Origin: Bacteroidaceae bacterium
GTDB lineage: Bacteria > Bacteroidota > Bacteroidia > Bacteroidales > Bacteroidaceae
NCBI GenBank assembly: GCA_017471185.1
Contig: JAFUVZ010000050.1
Coordinates: forward strand, 27,974 to 91,973
Reading direction: 5' to 3'
Length of the DNA stretch: 64,000 nucleotides
Shown here piece after piece: positions 58,551 through 64,000 of this stretch (the stretch's first letter is position 1; the number at the start of each line of letters is the position of its first letter). The translations under genes and the position numbers were made by a program. The notes beneath the pieces were generated by a model. That model had not been told where the DNA came from and searched no databases. It saw only the letters and a list, made by a program, of their open reading frames with translations.

Positions 58551-61500
58551 ATAAAAAATAAGCATCTGAAAGTCCTGAAAAGAGCCATACAGATAGTTGT
58601 CGGTATCGTTTTGGCCAGCTATATCGGCATCATATTAGCGCTGAATATACCCGTTATACAGCGTGTAATATCTTCTTTTACCTCTTCAGAACTCTCCAAG
58701 TTGCTTGGTGCCAATGTCTCTGTCGGCAATATTAACATTGGCTTGCTGAATAGGATTATCCTCGAAGACGTCCGGTTAGATGACCAACAAGGTGTTGAAA
58801 TGATTCGTGTGGCAAGGGTTTCAGCTACTTATGACATCAAGCCTTTGTTTGACGGGAGAATAGACATCAGCAGCGCCCAGCTATTTGGCTTCAATGCCCG
58901 TCTGGAAAAAGAAACTCCTGCATCCAAGCCTAATTTCCAATTCCTGATAGACGCTTTGTCGTCTGATAGCGAAGAACCGTCTCGCATCGATTTGAGGATT
59001 AATTCTTTGCTTGTCAGGCGAGGAAGCGTTTCGTATGATTTGCTTTCTGCTCTTGAGAATCCAGGTACATTCAGTATGAATCACTTGAAATTGAGCAATA
59101 TTCGTGCCAATGTGTCCTTAAAGGCCTTGCGTAGTGATTCCTTGAATGCATCCATCAAACAAATGAGTCTTGACGAAGAGAACTCTGGTTTTTCACTCAG
59201 CAGGCTTGATTTCAGGATCATAGCCAATAACAGGCATGCTTCTGTTGACAATTTCGACATACAGTTCCCCAATACAACCTTGCTGATGGACACAATCCAT
59301 GTTGACTACGACAGTATCGCTGCATTGAATGATTTCGCCAATCAAGCCCGGTTCTCCTTCAGGTTGATGCCTTCAGACGTTACTCTGCAGGATGTGGCGG
59401 CCTTCGTGCCAAACCTGAAGACGTTCAAGGACAAAATATCAGTGGAGCTTGCAGCAGACGGCACACTTCATGACCTGCATATTCCGGTCATGAGGATAAA
59501 CGGCAACCACATTCGCATCAACGGCAATGCCGACCTTCAGAACCTGACAAACCCTGCGGAAGCATCCATACAGGGACAACTTTCCGAAGTGTATGCTGAT
59601 CCTGATGGAGTGGCTTTCCTGATGCGTAATCTTTCAGCCAGTTTTAATGAATTGCCTGATGCGGTCACAAGCCTGGGAACCATCCGTTTCAGAGGTTCCG
59701 TTTCCGGTCCCTTCAATCATTTGACAACTCACGGAGACCTCGATACAGACCTGGGAGCTTTTACGGCAAATATGCGCTTTACATCTGATGATGACAAAGA
59801 TACCTTTGGTTATGTAGGTTCATTGGAGACAGGAGGATTTTCTATTGGCAAAATATTGGATAATAATAATTTAGGAGATATTTCCTTTAGTCTTGATTTA
59901 AATGGGAAACATACCCAAAGCCAACAACCGGAAGTGATTGTTAAAGGTGTTGTGGACTCTTTGTCTTATAGTGGTTACACCTATCATAACATCACCCTTG
60001 ACGGCACTTATCAGCAAGGCGGATATAATGGCAAGATTCTACTTGACGATCCCAACGCATATATCGAAATGAATGGCTCTTTGAATATGCTCTCCAAGAT
60101 TCCTCAGTTCAATTTCCATGCGAATGTGAATCATTTCCGCCCTACTCCGCTCCATCTATCTGACAAATATGAAGGGAGCGAACTGTCCCTAAATCTGATG
60201 GCCGATTTCACAGGAAGTACGATTGACGATATGATTGGTGAGGTCAATGTCAATGATTTGAAATATGTCACTACTGAAAGGAAATATGTGCTTGACAATT
60301 TCAAGGTTTCTGCTATCAAACTGGAAGACAACAAGAAAAGGCTGACTTTTAACTCAAATTTCATAGAAGGATCCATTGAAGGCTACTATTCATACCAGAC
60401 TTTGCCTAATAGTGTGATGGGGGTCATTGGGCGTTATGTGCCATCACTGTTTAAACTTAGGAACCAGAAAGAAGCCGAAAACAACTTCTCTTTTAACCTG
60501 AGGCTCAACAATACAGAGTTTATCTCCGCTTTGCTCCAGATACCGCTTACCGTCTATATGCCTTCAACGCTGAAAGGCTTCTTTAACGATAAAGAACGGC
60601 AGATGAGGATAGAAGGTAATTTTCCTCGTTTCATGTATGACGACAAGTTCCTGGAATCAGGCGTTCTCCTTGCAGAAACGCCAGCAGACCAATTCCATGT
60701 AACCGCACGGGTTAGCGACAGGAGTGTGGATGATGATATGAATTACGTGGCTGATATCTCTGCCCGTAATGACAGCGTTTTCGCCATCATGAACTGGGGT
60801 AACAAGGGTGAACGCACCTATAGTGGAAAGCTATCTACCCTTGTGAGTTTCCTTCAGCCTAAAGGAGATGAAGAGTCGTTGGCAAAAGACCTGTCACCTC
60901 TCAGGGCAAAGATAGATTTCCAGCCTTCAGACTTGATTATCAATGACACTCTTTGGAATATCCATCCTTCTGAGGTAACTGTTGAAGGTAAGAGATTTCA
61001 CGTGGACAACTTCCTGATCTCACAGGCAGACAGGCATTTGCTGATTAATGGCGATATTTCTGAATCACAAGAAGATACGGTGTTTATTGATATGAATCAA
61101 ATCAATATCACTTATGTCTTTGAAATCGCTGACTTAGGCGTTTCTTTTGATGGAGACGCTACGGGTAAATCCTTTGCCACAGGAGTATTGAAAGAGCCTT
61201 TCCTCTCTTCCAATCTTAATATCAAAGACTTCGGAACTGAAGGATACCGCATTGGCGATATGGTCTTCCACGGTGAATGGCATCATGAAAAAGAAGGTCT
61301 TTGGGTAGAAGCTGATATCCAGGAAGATACAATAGCAAGCACTCATGTTGACGGTTATATTTATCCTATCAAGCCTACCTCTTCGCTCGACCTGCAAGTG
61401 GGAGCCAGAGGCACCAACCTGCGTTTCCTGCAGTATTTCCTCGCTGGTGTGACGCCCGATTTCAAGGGCAGAGTATGGGGCGACATCCATTTCTTTGGCA

Positions 61501-63113
61501 AGTTCAAGGCTTTGAATGTGGATGCCGACGAGAAAGTGATGGCTGAAGCCAGCCTGAAGATAGGAATGCTTAATACCGACTTCATTTTGCGTGACAGCAT
61601 TCGGGTTAGCCCCGAAGGCATTGTGTTCAACAACGGACACATGTTTGACCAGACGGGTAATAATGAAGGTCGTCTTACAGGTCAGATTCTCTGGCGCAAC
61701 TTCTCTGATGTGCGTTACGACCTTCGCTTCAACCTTAACAACATGCTGGTACTCAACACACAGCAATCTGTGGAATATCCGTTCTATGGCACCGTTTATG
61801 GTACGGGTACGGCTCATATTCATGGAGATGATGATAATGGCATGAGCATTGACGCTGCCATCACCACCAACCGTAACACTACCTTCAATTATATTAAGGA
61901 TGGAATTACGACTGCATCTGGTAACCAGTTCGTTACGTTCCATGACAAGACACCGCGACGAGCCGTGCTTGATTCCATCCCGCTGAGCGACTTTGAAATG
62001 GTTACTCATGTGGAGCAAGAAGAGGAAAGCACGCATGATATGGACTTGTACCTGAACATTCTGGCTGACGTTACACCAGATGCCACCTTCCGCATCATCA
62101 TGGACCCTATTGTGGGAGACAACATAAGTTTCACGGGGTCAGGAAGCCTGCGCGCCAATTATTATAACAAAGGTGCCTTCAATATGTTTGGTACCTATAC
62201 GATGGACAGAGGCGTTTACAAACTCAGTATGCAGGAAATCATCAGAAAGGATCTGCAGCTTCAGGAAGGCAGTACCCTTACTTTCAATGGCGACCCTATG
62301 GATGCCCAGCTCGACTGGCACGCTAAATACCAGGTTAATTCAGCCTCTCTGAATGACTTGATTCCTAACGCCAGCTCGTTCGTTAACCAGACAACGGTGA
62401 AGGTAAACTGCTTGTTGGATATAACAGGCAACATGACTTCACCAGAGCTGAAACTGGGATTGGAATTGCCTCAGGAAAGTGATGAAGTACAGTCATTGGT
62501 ACAGAATTACATACCGACGGAAGAACAGATGAACATGCAGATTCTCTATCTGCTGAGCATAGGAAAGTTCTATACGCCTGATTATGTGAACGTATCACAG
62601 AATTCCAATGTGATGAGCAGTGTGGTATCCTCTACCCTTTCCGGACAGTTGAACAATGCTTTGTCGAACATCATCAACAGCAACAACTGGAATTTCGGAA
62701 CCAATCTCAGTACCGGGCAGAACGGATGGACCGATATGGAGTTTGAAGGTATCCTTTCAGGGCAGTTGCTGAACAACCGTCTGTTGCTGAATGGTAATTT
62801 CGGATATCGGGAGAACAGGATGTCAAACACCAACTTTGTGGGTGATTTTGATGCCCAATGGCTGGTAAACCGTTCTGGAGACATCCGCCTGAAAGCATAC
62901 AACGAAACCAACGACCGCTATTTTACGCGTACCAATCTTACCACCCAGGGGTTAGGCATCATCTTTAAGAAAGATTTCAACCATTGGAAGGAACTGATGT
63001 TCTGGCGTAATTGGGGAAAAAGGAAAGAAACTGCTGAAACGGAGAATGAAGCCGAAAGCCCAGGAACAAAAGCTTCTGAAACCAGTTTCGTCAAGTTTAG
63101 GGAGAAACAATAG
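58551..63113 (+). CDS. tamB: Translocation/assembly module TamB-domain protein
   Basis: About 1500-aa beta-rich protein with N-terminal anchor and DUF490-like C-terminus (LLNNRLLLNGNFGYR, TTQGLGIIFKKDF); start uncertain (58551-58611). Confidence 0.8.
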   Translation: MKNKHLKVLKRAIQIVVGIVLASYIGIILALNIPVIQRVISSFTSSELSKLLGANVSVGNINIGLLNRIILEDVRLDDQQGVEMIRVARVSATYDIKPLFDGRIDISSAQLFGFNARLEKETPASKPNFQFLIDALSSDSEEPSRIDLRINSLLVRRGSVSYDLLSALENPGTFSMNHLKLSNIRANVSLKALRSDSLNASIKQMSLDEENSGFSLSRLDFRIIANNRHASVDNFDIQFPNTTLLMDTIHVDYDSIAALNDFANQARFSFRLMPSDVTLQDVAAFVPNLKTFKDKISVELAADGTLHDLHIPVMRINGNHIRINGNADLQNLTNPAEASIQGQLSEVYADPDGVAFLMRNLSASFNELPDAVTSLGTIRFRGSVSGPFNHLTTHGDLDTDLGAFTANMRFTSDDDKDTFGYVGSLETGGFSIGKILDNNNLGDISFSLDLNGKHTQSQQPEVIVKGVVDSLSYSGYTYHNITLDGTYQQGGYNGKILLDDPNAYIEMNGSLNMLSKIPQFNFHANVNHFRPTPLHLSDKYEGSELSLNLMADFTGSTIDDMIGEVNVNDLKYVTTERKYVLDNFKVSAIKLEDNKKRLTFNSNFIEGSIEGYYSYQTLPNSVMGVIGRYVPSLFKLRNQKEAENNFSFNLRLNNTEFISALLQIPLTVYMPSTLKGFFNDKERQMRIEGNFPRFMYDDKFLESGVLLAETPADQFHVTARVSDRSVDDDMNYVADISARNDSVFAIMNWGNKGERTYSGKLSTLVSFLQPKGDEESLAKDLSPLRAKIDFQPSDLIINDTLWNIHPSEVTVEGKRFHVDNFLISQADRHLLINGDISESQEDTVFIDMNQINITYVFEIADLGVSFDGDATGKSFATGVLKEPFLSSNLNIKDFGTEGYRIGDMVFHGEWHHEKEGLWVEADIQEDTIASTHVDGYIYPIKPTSSLDLQVGARGTNLRFLQYFLAGVTPDFKGRVWGDIHFFGKFKALNVDADEKVMAEASLKIGMLNTDFILRDSIRVSPEGIVFNNGHMFDQTGNNEGRLTGQILWRNFSDVRYDLRFNLNNMLVLNTQQSVEYPFYGTVYGTGTAHIHGDDDNGMSIDAAITTNRNTTFNYIKDGITTASGNQFVTFHDKTPRRAVLDSIPLSDFEMVTHVEQEEESTHDMDLYLNILADVTPDATFRIIMDPIVGDNISFTGSGSLRANYYNKGAFNMFGTYTMDRGVYKLSMQEIIRKDLQLQEGSTLTFNGDPMDAQLDWHAKYQVNSASLNDLIPNASSFVNQTTVKVNCLLDITGNMTSPELKLGLELPQESDEVQSLVQNYIPTEEQMNMQILYLLSIGKFYTPDYVNVSQNSNVMSSVVSSTLSGQLNNALSNIINSNNWNFGTNLSTGQNGWTDMEFEGILSGQLLNNRLLLNGNFGYRENRMSNTNFVGDFDAQWLVNRSGDIRLKAYNETNDRYFTRTNLTTQGLGIIFKKDFNHWKELMFWRNWGKRKETAETENEAESPGTKASETSFVKFREKQ

Positions 63114-63132
63114 TTTTAATTATAATAGTGTT

Positions 63133-64000
63133 ATGAAGAAATTATTTTTTGCAGCAGCAATGCTGACAGTTTTAGTCACCTCATGCGGTGACGGAGGCAA
63201 GACCATGTTGTTCAATGGTCAGGATTTAGAAGGATGGGTGCTTTACACTGACCCCAACAGTGATGTGAAGGCAGAGGATGTCTTTACCGTGAAAGATGGT
63301 GTAATCAGCGTAACCGGTACTCCTAACGGCTATATGCGTACAGTCAAGAAATACGCTGACTATGTGGCTCACGTTGAGTTCCGCTGGACAGATGGCAAAG
63401 GCTCTAACAGTGGTTTCTTCCAGCGTATTCAGGATGGTGATAAATTGTGGCCAGGAATGGTTGAGGTTCAGCTGAAGACTAACAGTGTGGGAGACTTGAT
63501 GGGTAGCGTAAAGAATCCAGTGGAAGCTCCTGGTGGACCCAGAAGAGTGCTCCGTTTGAATGAACCAGGATTAGAAAGCCCAGTAGGCGAATGGAATACT
63601 GTTGAAGTAAAATGTGAAGGCAGTCACATTACCCTCACTCTCAACGGGAAGGTTGTCAATGAGGCAGAGACTGACCTGACAGAAGGTTTCATCGCCTTAC
63701 AAAGCGAAGGTGGTCCTCTGGAATTCCGCAACGTATGGGTGAAGGAACTCAAGCCTGCGGCTGGCGCTCCCGCCCCAGAAGTGATTCCTACCACAATCTC
63801 TCTGTTCAACGGCTATAACCTCAACGGTTGGACTTTGTTTACTGATCCAAACAGCGATGTGAAGGCTGAAGAAGTGTTCACCGTGAAGGATGGCGTTATC
63901 AATGTATTGGGTAATCCCTTCGGCTATATGCGCACCAACCGCCAGTTTGGCAATTACCGTCTGCATGTAGAATGGCGTTGGGTAGATGACAAGGCAGTCA
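63133..64000 (+). CDS. Lipoprotein with tandem DUF1080 (3-keto-disaccharide hydrolase-like) domains, 3'-truncated
   Basis: Absent from ORF track because it runs off the window. MKKLFF...VTSC lipobox; LFNGQDLEGW...NSG...GEWN...GFIALQSEG...EFRNV, then a second LFNGYNLNGW repeat. Confidence 0.88.
   Translation, partial: MKKLFFAAAMLTVLVTSCGDGGKTMLFNGQDLEGWVLYTDPNSDVKAEDVFTVKDGVISVTGTPNGYMRTVKKYADYVAHVEFRWTDGKGSNSGFFQRIQDGDKLWPGMVEVQLKTNSVGDLMGSVKNPVEAPGGPRRVLRLNEPGLESPVGEWNTVEVKCEGSHITLTLNGKVVNEAETDLTEGFIALQSEGGPLEFRNVWVKELKPAAGAPAPEVIPTTISLFNGYNLNGWTLFTDPNSDVKAEEVFTVKDGVINVLGNPFGYMRTNRQFGNYRLHVEWRWVDDKAV

Overview
Bacteroidales chromosome segment (Prevotella/Bacteroidaceae-like, judged from TAnnTTTG -7 promoter boxes, lipoprotein signals and gene content). 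It is mostly housekeeping and carbohydrate genes: purT, long RSH/relA, dgkA, fabD, GH3, GH51, S9 peptidase, a cobalamin cbiA-pduO-cbiP-cobD-cbiB block, tsaD, tamB and tRNA-Val(CAC). Accessory modules include a DUF4011/SF1-helicase/Vsr-like (Hhe-type) defence gene, an rSAM-SPASM plus lipoprotein pair, a small alarmone synthetase/hydrolase pair divergent from a patatin plus TrkA-C permease operon, and a type I RM locus interleaved with two Fic/Doc genes whose hsdR carries one in-frame amber stop. The most unusual signals are non-coding. Two symmetric elements (32.3-32.8 kb and 56.3-56.8 kb) are built from inverted, helically phased pentamer arrays and share an ATTCTC-NN-GAGAAT palindrome that nucleates 22-bp arrays. 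Heptamer repeat tracts sit at gene junctions, and one forms a chain of stop/start-coupled mini-ORFs. All product calls rest on recognised motifs only; no searches were run.
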